Shown piece by piece: positions 26,301-41,300 of a stretch of DNA of 64,000 bases. A program made the translations under genes and the position numbers. Source of the DNA: Camelus dromedarius (lineage: Eukaryota); NCBI RefSeq assembly GCF_036321535.1, contig NC_087437.1, positions 58,344,001 to 58,408,000 on the forward strand. The letters are read 5' to 3'. The stretch's first letter is position 1. Each line of letters begins with the position of its first letter. Below the pieces are notes generated by a model that saw only the letters and a program-made list of their open reading frames with translations, was not told where the DNA came from and did not search any database.

Positions 26301-29300
26301 GCAGTTGCATACATTTCCAAGAAAACTGACACCTAGACTTTTTTTTTAGAGTGCAAAAAACCAGAATGGTACAGCATAAAGAATGTTTTGCACAGGCCTC
26401 CAAAATTACTGCTGTTCCTAATAGTTGTGAATTTTAAGCAACCCAGTTGTTTATTTAATGCATTCACAAATGTTCATGGAACGCTCTGAGGTACTGTGGC
26501 AGGCACAGTGACACAGAAATGAGTAAGACATCGTCCTTGCCCTAAAGCACTTGAACTATAACAAGTCAATCATGTTTCAAAAGATAACAATGAAAACCTG
26601 TGTTCTGGATCCATGCACCTAAAGCCACACTTCATCGATCCTCAAGAGGATGCTTTCCCAAGAATAGCCAGGGTAAAAGCAGCCTAAAAGAGCTGAACCA
26701 TATCTAATGTTTATGAAACTGTGAAATATAAAAGCAAAGGGTTTCTACCCCAAAGTCTCACTAAACCATCTGCCACGAGAAAAATTTTACATTCCGACTG
26801 ATATTTTAAAACAGTATATTGCATTCACAAATGCATTGAGCTGCTTGCATGAGAAAGAGCATCTGAAATTCCATGACACTGCTTTTTGGGTGAATCCAGT
26901 AGGCGCTCTGTGCAACCATCCTGGAGTTCAAACCTCCTCCACACCTGACACTCCAGCTTAACTTCCACAGCTCCCATGTGAGAAGACTTCCAGCCCAACT
27001 GGGCTACCTGGCCTCTCACCCCAGTCTCCAATTAGAACCCCACTTCTAAGCATGGCTTTCCATCTAACTCCACCTGGAATTCCACCCCCCGCCTCCTTTG
27101 TGTTTACATACAACCTATTCATCCTTCAAATTACAACCCTCCTCTGAAATCACCTCTCCCGGCACTGAAATATTACTGCATTATTTGGACGCTAACTTAT
27201 TTAAAGCTCATTTATTGAGCACCTTTCACCTACCAGGTAGAAAATTCTGTGTTACACGATTTTATCTCTGTACATCTATCTATATATACCCTTTACTGGA
27301 ATGTAAGCCCTCAGGGCAAAGCTCTGTCTCATTCTTAATCCATCACATTTTTAAGCTCAATATTTAGAAAGAGCTCCATGGATTGTGTTGATGGCTGGAA
27401 GCATGAACTCTGGTGAGGGTCTTGAATGGTCTTGTTTTGTAGTCACCATGATGCAAATCAAGTTAGGGCACTAGCGATAGTAAGGGTAGGGCTTGGAGAC
27501 ACTCTCCAAAAGACGAATCACTAAAACACGATGCTTTGTTCACTAGAGATGAAAAAAAGGAAAGAGTTAAAAGCACATCGAGGTTCTGAGCCTCAGAGAG
27601 GGACTCTAAGGACCCAGTGGTCCTCGGGACCAGGAAACATGGGAGTGAGGAAGGGAAGCTGCTCTGAAGGCAGGGGAGGTGATGATGTTTGCAGGCACGG
27701 AGGACACAGGTGCAAGCACCCAGGACTCAGAGAAAGAAGTCAAGCTGTCTTGCTGATTTGCAGCCAGACAGAAGCTAACACCTTTGGGTGAGTAACTCCT
27801 ACCAGTAGGTGCCAATTCAGCTGCCCTAAGGGACATGCTGAGAACATCATGGTTGTCTTTTTTTGTATAAACCTCAAGATTTAGTGATGACTTCCAGACC
27901 ACTGGCTGTGAAGATAGGCTGAGATTACTCCACAGTGTTATAGGAGACAATAAAGGAATACGATTTATAAACAAAATGTAAAACCTGATGTTTTATTTTT
28001 AACTGCATTTAAAATATGAGTAGAGACAAGATCAGAAATAAGAGTGGAGTGGATGCGAAGGAGCTGTACCAGGAAAATAAAGAGTTTTTAATTCCTTCCC
28101 TTTCCCTGATCATTGCCAATCAACGGGAAAAGTCTTTGGTGCAATCATCTTGGATATTCACAAATTTGGATTTTGGAGACAGAACACTTTGGGGAAGCTA
28201 TCTGATGGAGTGCTCCTTTTCTGCTTCCTCCCCCTTCCCCAACCCCTGAGAGAAAGGTTCCAGTGAGCAGCCAACATACAAAATAAATGAGACATGAGAT
28301 AGATAATCGGTTTTTAAAGATCAACTTTAGCTTTTGACCATCCACCTAACACAGCCACTTATCCTTTAAAGCTCAACAAAAGCCACTTTTTTGTTGCTTT
28401 TACTAGCCTTCTCAAGCAGTACTCATGGCCCCCTTACTTGGTGCTCAATGGCACTTCTCCCGTGCCTCTGCTGTGACATTTGTCACTTTTAAATTATAGC
28501 TGAATTCTGTCCGGAGCCAGACTGTGGGCCCCTCAGTCAGGGGGTGGAAAGGGAGAGGTGGCTTACTTGATGAGCTGAGGCACGCACTCAATATTGCCTA
28601 TCTTCGAGGTGAAAGGGGATGCCACAGACGCCTCCTGTTCTGACAGCGAAATGCCCGCGTGAGCCATTTTCAAAGCCTGGAATGATAAACTCATGTTGCA
28701 CCCGCGACTCCTCAGGCCAGCCTCTAAATGCTCAAACACAGTGAGGCCATTCTTCTTATTACAGTGTTGATAATATCTCACCCTGCCACCCCCAGGTCTG
28801 TGTTTATGCTGTCCCTCCACTTGGAATACACGAAGTCACCAATTAAAGAGGCACCAACTGAACAACGACCCAGAGGTAGAAGAATGAGGGCTGTGTAGGT
28901 ATTGGTTGAGGGGGTGTAGAGATGATAAGAAAGTGAAAGCACTCGTTTGGGAAGTCTATTAAAAAGATGGCAGCACTAGATGGACCTTTATGGGAGCCTT
29001 TACCATCGTGGTTCTTACTTAAGAGGCCATCTTCATGAACTATAGGAGAAACTATCTAATCTCCATCTTTTCCTAGGCCGCCTGATCCAACCAATCAGCT
29101 AACTGCTGGGATGCAGTATCAGGCGTACAGCATCTTCACTGGAGACAGGGACCAGATCACACTCAGCAGAGAATCATTCCAGGCTACACGTTGCCTCACT
29201 GAAATCAGGGCTAGTTAATTTCTCACCAAGACTGAAAACTGTCCACGAGTGCACACACATTGGCCAGCAAACAGGTCACTAAGCCCCTGATCCTACGAGA

Positions 29301-32300
29301 ACTGTATGAGAGTGTGTATTTCGGCAGCTCTGTGGAATGAGCAAAGCACCTGGTTAACATGGCCACTATACACTCAATTCATGTTCAGTGGATATTAGAA
29401 TCTCTCCTTCTTTCTCCTTTCTCCCTCAGCATTTTGTGCTTCATTATGTAATTTAGGACCGTCTACTTTATGTTCGGGTTAGTTTTATGCATGATTTTTA
29501 TTCCTGCCAGATAATGAACTCTGTGGAGGCAAAGACTAAATCCTTTTAACACCTGACTTATTTGTTTTGTTCTAGATGCCACATTATTCATGAGAATGGA
29601 TACTAACTCTAGATTTTGAAGAGCGACAACTAGCTTCTTCTCATAAAGCATGAGGCAGAAATATTCATAACAGATCTCTGAGTACGAACATAGTTTTTCA
29701 CAGAACTTTGGAAAAATTATTTAAGAAGGAAGTAAAACAAATACCCAGATCTTAAGTATCTAACAAGCTTTGCAGACACAAAGCATTTCTCTTCACTTCT
29801 TGTCTCACAAATTAGCTTCTAAAATATTTTGTTCTGTACCTAAGTCTTCAAGGTAAGCTACTATTTCAACCATATCTTTGAAACTCAGATTACAAAGTAT
29901 GTACCGCTTTCTACTGCACTTGACAAGTAATCTACAGAGAATCTTTTAACTTAGGTTTGCTGTAGTATGTAATAATCAAATAATTTTGTCTATAATTTCA
30001 CTGAGCATAAGAGTTCTGGGGTAAAGCCAACTTATAAAAACTAACCCCGGTGTAGAGGTCTGGCAGAAATAAATATAGTTAATACATAATTCAAACATTT
30101 GCCATCGGTTTCAAATATTTCCTTCACTAAGCCTTTACCAGCCGTGTGACTTCAGGCAAAAAAAGAATTCGCCCCTCTGAGACTCATCTCCCTTTTATAA
30201 CTGGAGAGATTTAAACCAGCTAGTCTTGTAAAGTCCCTTTAGCGTCTGAAGTATGGGAGCCTATGCAGCCTTTCCTCATCTTTATTATTCTAGGAGTTGC
30301 CAGAAAACAGCCGAAGTCACCCATCTCCCTTTACCCCACACCACTTCCAACCCGCACGCCAGTGGACGTGAGTATAAAGATCAAAATGATCACGTGATGC
30401 GATTGCTGGTGGAAGGGTGAAGAGTCAGACCCCAGGGGATACAGGGTACTCAAGAGAGATATGAGTGAACCCCCTAAATTAGAAGTATAATTTCTACTCA
30501 CCCCACAGTCATTAGCTCCGTCTCCACACATGCCTACATAATAGCTGCAGGGGAAGGAAAAGGAAAATTAACAGTTTAACGCCGTGATTAATTCCCATCA
30601 TAAGTAGCTCATACGTGATGTGTTTGTGTCCTGAACACATGTGGAATCAGGCTGAAGGAAAATGACTTGGAGAGAAATATTCCCAGAGGAAGAAAGTCCT
30701 TGTATATTTAAATCGTTTCAATCAATCACATGGAAATGATGGTGATACCGACAAGGACGTCCAGGAAGATGATCACACACTTCAAAAGAACTCCTGTTGG
30801 GTTATATCTACCAGGGCCATGCTGAAGTGTGTGCAGTCACAATCGTAGTGCTTCCCACACAACCTAACGCACGGACCATAACCTAGTCCATCTGTGTTTT
30901 GGTTGCTGGCTGCCACTGAAAGCTTAGAGTGTGGGCAGTAGGATGAGAAGCATTTGGGAAATGGCTGAACAGATATAATCAGAGGCATATTCACATATCC
31001 TAGATGCATCTTGGAGTGAAAATGAGCTAATATGCTCCCCATCTATACCAGTTTGATGTGCAAACACAACGGTATAAATAGAAGAATAAGTTTTAAAGCT
31101 GTTCTTAAAGAATAGGAATTTCTGATGCAAGATGCACTCTGTCTTCTTAGTAAGTAATACATTGTAGGTAGTGATGAATGGCAATACTATTAAAGGCTCA
31201 GGGGTAATTTGCCAAAAACACATGAAATAACACAGTCAACACAGGGAAATACGAAATGCTCGGATAATTTCCTTATTATCAGTAGACACATAAGAAATAC
31301 CCATCTTTACAGGTCAAAAATGGTCAAACATAAAGAAATTCATATGGTTCAACCTGATCTTCACCTAGTATGTATGAAAATCACCCTGTAAGCATTTGCT
31401 TGTGATCATGCACATATCAGGACTATGCACATTTGCTGAAAGCGGCTTCCTCTCTTCAGGCATAAGGCCTATATTTAGTCTTTATAACATGCGGAGAAGA
31501 ATTTACATCTTCTAGTATTGCCTGGATTCAGAATCAGTTCTGAATGATAAAGGTATGAAAAGGAAGATTGAGAAATTGAAAGGACAGCCTATCCTGAGAC
31601 AGCATATATCTCCCTGGACTGATTTTTCTTTCGGGGAATATAGCTTTTCCAAAGTAAGCATTTAAGTTGGCAATATTTCTCAGGCATTTGAGAAGGGTAA
31701 AATTACTCTCTTCAGCCAATATCATATAATAACTACGTAAGTAAAATAGTTATTTTAGACACTGGTTACTAACCCAGCCTCAAGGCATTGTGGGAGTTAA
31801 TAGTTAGTTTTTGAAACTTCCCCAAGAACGCTTAGGCAAGAAAAAATAACAGTCAAAGGCAGTCTCTAGATTTTACCTACTACTTGTCAGCAATTATCTA
31901 AAGTTTCACAACTGTCCATTCCTTTTCACTTTCTGGAAACCTGTGGTCCAGAAATTGTAATATTCCCAGCAAATAATAGGTAGATCTGGTCTCAAGAAGA
32001 CCCGTTTCACTCTGATGTGACTTGGTCATCTGTATTTTGAAGGAGATAGGAAAGTACTTTGTCTTTGTTTTTACTTCGGCCTCTATAGCTAAAACAGTAA
32101 AAATGCCATTACATCTCTTTCCTAGAGGGCCAGAAATTATTCACATATCTTCTAATGGACCAATCTCAAATAATTGCAGATGATAACACATGCTTCCCCA
32201 TTTTCCCTATTCTGAGCTGTACAAACCCCTGTTGTTTCTTTTCTCTACATCGAGCAGGGGATCTTCCTCTAACTTAGGTCACAGAAGGAATGTTCTCTGG

Positions 32301-35300
32301 GATAAATGACTTCTAAAATGGCCCTCCTGGTATTCATGACGTATAATGCCCTCCCTTGAGTGTGGACAAGACCTTGTAACTTGCTTCTAATGAAGAGACT
32401 AAAGTGATGGGATGGGATGTCACTTCTGAGATGAAGATATGTAAGTGGTGACACCTCTCTCTCGGACTCTTCTTGCTTATTCACTCTCCTGGAAGCTAGC
32501 TGACACACTGCGAGCTTCCTCAAGAAATGACCCTGGTGGCAAGGAACTGAGGTCAGCTTCTGCCCAACAGCCAATGAAAAACTGAAACTTTTAGTCTATC
32601 CACCCACAGAGAACTGAATCCTGCCAACAACATGAGTGAGGCTGGTGGCAGATCCAAGTGCTCAGATGACTGTGGTCCTGGCCGACAACTGATTACACCC
32701 TGTGACAGACTCACTTAGCCAGAAGACTCAGCTAAACACACCTGGATTCCTGAGCCACAGCAATGTAAAATAATAAGCAGTGTTACAGGAAGCCACTATG
32801 TTGGGGGGTAATTTGTTACATAGCAATAGATAAGGAATACACTCTCCTTTCATGCAATAACACCTACTTTAATTTCTGAAATTCTTCAACAAGGCTAGAT
32901 TTCTGCCCAGGAGACATTCTTGCAAAAATAGTTCCATTCACCAGAATCTGGAGAGAAAAACAACTATTGCAATAAGATTAGAAAGAAGAACACTTTTAAA
33001 ATAAAAGAACAGCCCTGAAAAATTACTCCTGGCCACTGTGTTAATATAGCATTGGGTGGTGTGTCATTAGACCAAATGTCAAAAAAGGGAAAAGGGGGGA
33101 TTTAGCGCTTTAATATTTAACGTTCACTCTCAGTTCTCCATCTCAAGTCTATTACTTTTTTCCAGGTCGTTTGTCCAAGATGAGGTAAGCTCTAATTAAT
33201 AACAGTAACTAAAAAGCAACAGAGCATATGGGATTAAGATGCTTAAGGAAACACAGTTCTTGTGACTAAACACTGTCTCCATAAGTGCAGACTAAGCAGA
33301 AGAAAGAGCAATAAACTGAGAGGTGAGACTCACGATTCTATTCCCAGCTCCGTCCCAAACCGTGCAAACCTTAGAGGAGTGACAACCTGTCTGAGTTCCC
33401 GCTTTCCCATCTCTCCAATGAGGAATTGCACTAACAGCTTGCTACAAGCCTTGAGGGGGTCTAGATTCTACGGTCCTTGACTGGTAAGGCAACAGAACTT
33501 CCAACACACTGCTAACTGATTGTTGCTGCCCTGGGCTTGCGCTCTACTTATCTTCTTCCCACTGACAGCACAACCCTACAGGGCGCTATTTTAAAATAGA
33601 CACACAGCGACAAGATAACAAACGATTTTGAGAACAAACCACGAAGCCTTTGTTTCCTCCGGCTTGTAATTTAAGAATCCAGACAGGAAAGGGACTAGGG
33701 CTCAGCCTGACATGAGTTGGTGACTTTCAGAGAGAAGCTGACCCCCAGAACAGGAGGCAGGTTTGGAACGACCTGACCTGGAGGCTCCCTCTGCTGGGGA
33801 CGGAGTGGACTGGCTACGGGTGCGGGGCGAGGGGCAGGACCAGGGCGCCCACCCTGAGCAGGAGGCCACGCGCATGTGCAGAGTGGGCAGTCCCCGGAAA
33901 GTCCGGAAGCAGCAGTGCCTCTTCGCGGGTGTTTATTCTCCAACTTGGAGACAACCTCGCTGATCCTCGCTGATCGTCACCTGCATTGTTCTCTTATCCT
34001 TTTTTGCTTCAGTAATTTGGGGAGCAAAACACTTCATTTCTCCAGTACTTACCTTTGGAAGCAAGCTGTTAAAATGCTGAAATAGCACTTGGTATGATTT
34101 CCCACTCATAGCAAAATGGTAGCAGCTCCCTCTCTCTCCATCAGACACTGAACTGTTTCCAATGCTGATGTAAGTGTCCTAAAATTAAAAGGGCATTATT
34201 TCTACGTTGGCTCTTAAGGAATGTCTCCATTTTCCTACATTTTATGGAAGGAATGGTATTCATGTTACATAACAGTGTGAGGGCCAGCAAATACATCTGT
34301 AATTTGCCCAGTGAACTTGGTCTTATATGAGGAAGACACTCAAAATGTACCACGCACCGGACCCCCCCCCCCCCAACACACACACATCATGATATGCACA
34401 TAGAATGCCTCGGCAGCATGATTCTCTGGATCCTATCCTGGGAGCTAACACGGGTGATGTCAGTCTACTGAGGAAATCATCCCAAGGGCCCCATGAGTGA
34501 ATCCGAGGAAGAACAGGAAACATTCTTCCATCCTCTTCCTTCTCCTCATGCATCCTTTTATTTCCTAAGATCTCTTACCATTCATTCATTCGAAACCATG
34601 CCCAGTTTCCTCCCTGTAAAAGAGGTAGACTCTTTCTCGAGAGCCTAACCTGACTTCTCTGCACCTCACAGTTATCCTCTCCCTCATCTTGCCCAGATCC
34701 TCTTCCACATCCTGTGTTCCCCTGCAGCAGCACTAGTCCTTTTCTGAAACCCTCTCTCTCCTGCCTTTAACCTGTCAGTGTAGCCCCATCACTGGGTTCT
34801 AGCCCCAGCTGGCTCCGCTCCAAGAGAAAGCATCTGATGACTGGCTATGCACTCATCATGTCAATAGCTGGTGATGGTTTTTCACGGAACGATTCTCAGA
34901 GGGCCTTACATTTGTGTTGGAGTCTAAATTCAGATAGTAGAAAAGATGAGAACATTTTCTTCATTGGAAGAATTCATTAAAGAAAGCATCTTATTTGAAA
35001 CAAAAAAAATGCTTTGATGTGTTAAATTGGGAGGCTAGGTGATACACCCATCCCCTTCCAACTTCCATTGTAAAACAGCCAACAGAAGATGTGCTGTTAA
35101 GTGTTCCCTTGAGGCAAGGACTGGATGTTTTTCTTGGAAATTGAGGAGAAAAAGTACAGTGAGAGGGAACCAGAGAGGAGGAGAAAGCCTGAGACTGATG
35201 TGACTTCTCCCGGCAACGACAAACCTTTAGTAGAGGCGTTAAACTCCTAAGTGGGTAGTGTGAGTAGACTCTTAAAAATTAGCGGGGATCTGAGTTTCAT

Positions 35301-38300
35301 CATGCACTGAAGTTGAGGCAACTTGCATTGATGCCGAGGCAGGTGGGTTTGCAAGGAAATCAGAACCTGGAATCCACTGAAAGCGGAGCGCTGGCTGTTA
35401 CCTTTCACAGCCCACACAATGGATTTGAGCCAAGTAAAGGCACCTCTTCACAGGGTAGGGGCAGGGCTGCTCTGTACAGCTGTGCAGTTTGTGTGCTGCA
35501 CAAAGGCCTCTTCTACACTGAACAATCTGAAGGGCTGGGCAGCCTGGAGGGAGGGAGCATTTCTGTAATTTATCACCTGGAGGACCATCTCTTTGAATTC
35601 ATACAAAGGTAGAGGAGCTACATTTAGTAATGAACTGTCAGGCTGCAGCTCATTCTCGTCACATGAAAGGGCTGTCCTGTTGTCAGTGCCCGGGAAGCTT
35701 GCTACCTAGCGATCCCAGCATCTGTTCACATCATGTCACGGGTACAGTACGGTCCAAATGCCCATGGACTGGGCATGGCGGGGGGAGGGTGTGGATTCGA
35801 ATTTAATGTCCTGCTCTGCAGCTCACCAGCGTGTGTCTTGGGCAAGCTTACCTCTCTAGGCCTCAGTGTTCTCATTCGTAAAATGAATAGTTTGCTGAAC
35901 TGTGTAGGGTAACCGAGGATCAGAGGGGTGAAATGGATGTTAGTGAGCGGCTCTCAGTCACGTCTGCCCACTGGAATCACTGGGGGAGGGAGTGACGCTG
36001 GCTCCCAGCCTGGAGATTCTGATTGAATCTGTAGAGTCTTGGTTTTGGACACTTAAAAACTCTTCTCCGGGTGATTTCTATGTGAAGCCAAGACTGAGAC
36101 CTGCTGGTAGAAATGCTTAGATCTTTGTAATCTGTAAAACTCTGGCCAGATGTGAGGGACTTTTACCATGGTGACTTCTAATACCGAGAGAGGGCTGCTC
36201 AGGGTCAGGGCTATTTTCCATCCACCCAGGGCCACAAAGGGGCCTTCGATTATTCACTCACATTCTTTCCAGGTCCCCTTTCTTGGTTCTCCACCAGCTG
36301 CCATGTCACGGAGGCAGGGACAGACTCTTCTGGTTCATTGGCTTCAACAAGGATCACTTGACTCCCTCGAGGAATCATTTCAGAATTCTTTGCAACAGTA
36401 ATGGCTGTTTGAAGGTTGTCCCCTAGATGACAAAGAAATTCAGTGGGCTTGCTTTGTGTATAAACCTCTCTGCATCCAGAACTGAGCTCGCCCTCCTCTG
36501 AGTGTTCATACCATATGGTTGGTGCCCTTGACCATATTGTTGGGGGGCATTCAGTGCTTTCTGCCTTTTCCCATAACCATTGATCAAGCCTAGACAGTAG
36601 TCCAGCACTGTCTGCATCTCCCTCCCATAGAGCATCGTGTTGTGAACGTGGCGTATTTCTAAAACACGCACAAATGAATAGATAAATATTTAAGTGCTTT
36701 ATGACGAATCCTCAGGAGACTAACAGCTTCAAGTGGTGATGGTCACATGGGCCCGGCCTGATACCATAAACCCATTCTTGGGGTCTGGATTCCAGTTAAG
36801 TAGAGCACAAAGCACTTAGGGCTGCCCGTGTTGGGTTGGGTCATCACATGCCGTGCCTACCCCACTGACCTGGAGGACAGTCCCGCAGAGACTCACACCC
36901 TTTACACAGAGGTCTCACTGGGCTTCTTGATCAGAACCCAATCTCATCTTTCAACATTTGCTGTGAGCCCACTAGCCCTGCACAGATCCTGGGTAGGAGC
37001 AGTGGGCATCAGACAAAGAGAGTGAGACCCAGTCCTGCCTCTGAAGCTCACGGTCGTGCTGTGGGGAGTGGCACATGTTCCCAGCTAACTGGAACACAGG
37101 GTAACAAACTTGACAGCAAAGCATTTTTCTTTCTGTCTCAGTCACATAAACTCAGCTCACACGCTCTTTTTCTTATGCCTGGGATACAGGCAACCTGTCA
37201 GGCCTTCAGCCACCCATACCGGTGATCATCACGGTCCTGATGCGGGCCTCCCTCAGTTCCTTCAAGACGGGTTTGGTTTCCTTTTTCAAGCGATTCTCCA
37301 TTATGAGAAGTCCCAGAAATGTTAACTCTGACTCCACCTTCTCTCTTTGGATTCGGGGAGAAAGACAACATTAAAGTGTATCCATACAGTCTCAATGGCT
37401 GGATCTATTTCTTCTTTTGAAAATGTCCAAGTTTTATCAATGTAATATATGTACAGGTTTGAAAAACTAAAAAGAATCCCAAAGCTTATAGTAATGAAAA
37501 CTAATAGTCATTGTCTCCACCACACCTCACCCCTCCTGCTTCCCAGAGGCAACCACTTTTATATCTTTTGGCTGCTTTTTCCAGTTTTCAATTCTATTTA
37601 AAAAAAAATGTGTTTATCTTTCAACTCTTCTGTTGGTTTTTTAAATTTTTTGTTAGTCATATATACTTTTTCATTTTTTGAGCCTGTAAGCATTTCAGCT
37701 TATTAGAAATTTATTAAGTACAGACTACACGTAGGATACTCTAGTAACAGCTGAATGTGGAATCACTTAACTTCAGCCTCCATCTGTAACCTTCAGTAAA
37801 TACATGACATCATCCAAGGAAGAGTTTTCATAATTTGAAATCGGAGGCTTGGAGTCTAACCGGGTTATATTAGTTATGTGGGACTTCTCCTCTGGAATAA
37901 AATAAATCTCAGGTGTTTCTTAAAAAGTAAATTTGGGGGCCAAGAGCTCTTTCTTGATCCCTCATTGTTCCTTTTTTCTGTCCAGGGTGGAGTTAAGATT
38001 GCAGGGAGAGGAAGAGGGAGGAGGGGGAGACCTCGGGAACTAACTTTTATACCTGCTATCAGCTAATCCCCCCTGTTCAGTGCCCTGAGTCTCACCTTCA
38101 CCTGCCATAGTACAGGACATGTCAGAGTCTCACCCTCTCTGGGGCTGCAAGGTAAACCGACTTTCCTCCTGCAGTACCTTTCTGTCTCTCTGGCATGGTG
38201 TAGGCTACAGCTTCTTCTGTCCTGCTGACTCAGCTGCCATTCTTCCCCACCTACTTTGCATCGTACACAAATATGTAGAAATCTTTCATCTGAACTTACT

Positions 38301-41300
38301 GCTTTTCTAGTTTTCTTTCATACTGTTGGTTTTTTTTTTTTTTTTTCCTATCACATTAGGAGGGCTTGGGAGGGAAATACTCAGGTGATCAGTTAACTTT
38401 CTTTAAGAGAAAGATCAGAGTTGGATTTCTCGATGAGAAATAATTCCAACTGGGATAGAACTAAAATGAAGCAGCCTCTCTCTGGAGGAGAGTGCAAGTG
38501 GCTACATCCTTTGTTCAAAAGTCCAGTCATTAAATCATGACTTTTAGATCTTATATTAGGCACTTTGGTGATTATTCAGATAATCAGATATAAATCCTGC
38601 CTTAAGGATCTGAGAGAATGTTATAAAATCCACCTTCATACAGAATTCATTAAATTCCCGTCATTTACATTAATGACTTTCTATTATAAATTGGATTAAT
38701 GTTTTCTCATTAACTAAAACTAAAAGAAATATCCAAAAATCTTCTCACCAGTTTATTCTGGTTTTGGTCTCTGTTTTATGACTCTCCTCTTGTTCACTGC
38801 ATCAGGCACTTGGGTCTCTTGGGACGCTGCAACTTTCTAGCAAAATCCTGTGTCAAGGCCTTTGCACCCACGGACTATGACTGCCTGCCATGGTCCTCCC
38901 CTGGATATCTGCATGCCTTGCTCCCTCACTTTACTCTGACCTCTGTGCAAACCTTGCCTCCTTGGAGGACTTCTCTGATCTCCCTGGGGAAAATGGCACT
39001 TTCTGTCATTTAAAAATCCCCTTAACCTACTTTATTTCTTTCCTTCAGGACATTTATCACTACCTGAGAATATTTTATAGATTAATTTTGTTACCCGTTT
39101 CCCTCCATTAGGATGTAAGCTTTGCGAGGACAAGGATTTTATTTTATTCACTTCTGAATCCTCAGTGCCTTGATGAACATCTAACACATAGTCAAGCTCA
39201 ATAGAAATTTGCTAAGCTCATGAAAGGGTAAATCTTGATCAGGTATTTCTTCTGTTTTTAATTTTTAAGTGATTTTTCCCTAAGCCCTCTCAAGAAACTC
39301 TTCTACTTCCCCTTTCTGACCCCAGTCTTTTGGAAGTTATTGATTTTTCTCATTGGAAAACTTTGTTAAATATAATTTGATTCCTAAAAAAATCAAAACT
39401 CTATTCTTTCACCCTGTTTGAAACTAATAACTATATTCTAAGAAACATAATCAATCCTGATATTCTCTGGGAAAACCTGAGTTGTTTGAAAATCTAGCAC
39501 ATTTATCTTCATTTTCTTATTTTGTTATATTTATAATAATGTCCATCTCACTAGTGGCTTTTAAATGAGAACATCACAGCTGCCTGTATATGTGGCAGCT
39601 GCACAGTGGCCACACTCCATGTCTAGCAACATAAATCTTTTCTTCACACATGACCTTAACTTCCATTATTAAAATCTGTATCTTGAAAAATTACAAAATC
39701 CTGTGTGTTACGGTTGCTCAAGTATAGCTAACACCATGAATGTTAAACCCGGGAGTGTCATTCATATATTTCAAAATGAGCTTTGTGATTCTATTTGGAA
39801 GATTAAAATGTCATGGCTGAAAGGCTCCTTCAAAATCATCCAATCCCACATTTGATAGATGGGGGAAATAGATACACTGTAAGAAAGGGATGGTGATTAC
39901 TGATTCGATTAGAGTAGAGGGACTTAGGTTGTAAATAGCAATGTGGAGCCAAGGATATCCACATCATATACACAGGGGCTAGTAACTGCATGTAAGTGAG
40001 GATCTCTCTAACAGCAACACAAAATGAAAGTAAAGAACGCATAAGATTTGTTATTCAATTTTCCACAGTATTTCTCTACTCCTTTGTCATAAACAACTCA
40101 AAAACAACCTCTAATAACTGAGACAGAAAGAAAGAAAAACTAAGCTATAGATTATCCACTACTGTGGGCAGTTTATCCCTGAATGTAGTTAAGAATACTG
40201 AATGCCATTCCATATAAGGAATGCAGTTTGCACTCACTGCTTCTCCAGATCTGAGGGAGGTGTACTAGTGATTCCTGAAAGAAGCCAAGTCTGAAGGATT
40301 TGGAGGTCATTCAAAGTGCCAGCTGTATCCTCTCAATCTCTTTATACGGGGACCCCCGATCAGTCAGCCACGTGACAGTCCCAGGTTGAAGGAGGGACGG
40401 TTGTTTTTCATGGGATGATGGAGAGATGACTCACAGGTGTCTGGGAGTCAGGAGATCTCAACTGCCACCCTTGTTCCTCCAACAACCAGCACTGTGACCT
40501 GAGCAAGTCCTCCCCAGTGTGGCCCATCTCCAAACAGGGGGCTCGATGAGTGATTTTTCATCTCCAAGAGACTTCATGGGGTTTGAGCTGTCCATCATGC
40601 ACTTCCAGAACTCATTCACCTCGTGCACACAGAACCTGTGCTGGTGCCAATTTCTGAGCTCCTTACCTTGCTAAACTCTCCACTTCTGAAAGCTTCTGCA
40701 TCTTCAAGTTTTTGTGGGCAAGGGCAATGACACGGAAGCCTTGCATTGTGTAATTCCTCAGCTCCTGTGAGAAATTCTTGGGCACTGCCAGGAGAGAAGG
40801 GAGAGGTAAATGAAGGTCACATCGAAGGTGACTCAACTTCTAAGCAAGACTAGGATGCAGTCCAGAGACAGTCCAGGAGAGAAGAGGTGGAGGGAAGTAG
40901 ATATAGCACTGTGGTCTACAGGGAAAACAGAAAAGAAAAAAAAAAAAAAAAGGCACTGGATTAGGAGCTGGCTCTTGATCCTAATATTTGTCTTTCTGTT
41001 GACTGACCATGCATCCTTTAGCATCTTTCAGCTCCAGTTTCCTCATCTCTATTGTGGGAATGAAATTCCCTTGTCTTCCTAATAGGTCTGCAGTTAGACT
41101 GTGAGATCCTTGAGGGCAGGACCAAGTCTTTTCCGTGTCTGTCTACCCAATCTCTAACATAGTATGTAGGGGATGATAGGGGTAGGCAAACATCTGCCGA
41201 ACTGATCCAGAATGAGAGTGTCTCTGAAAGCACACTTCAAGCTCGAAAGTACTACATGACTGAATAAAAGGAAGGGTTACTATTATCTGTTGGCCAAAAT

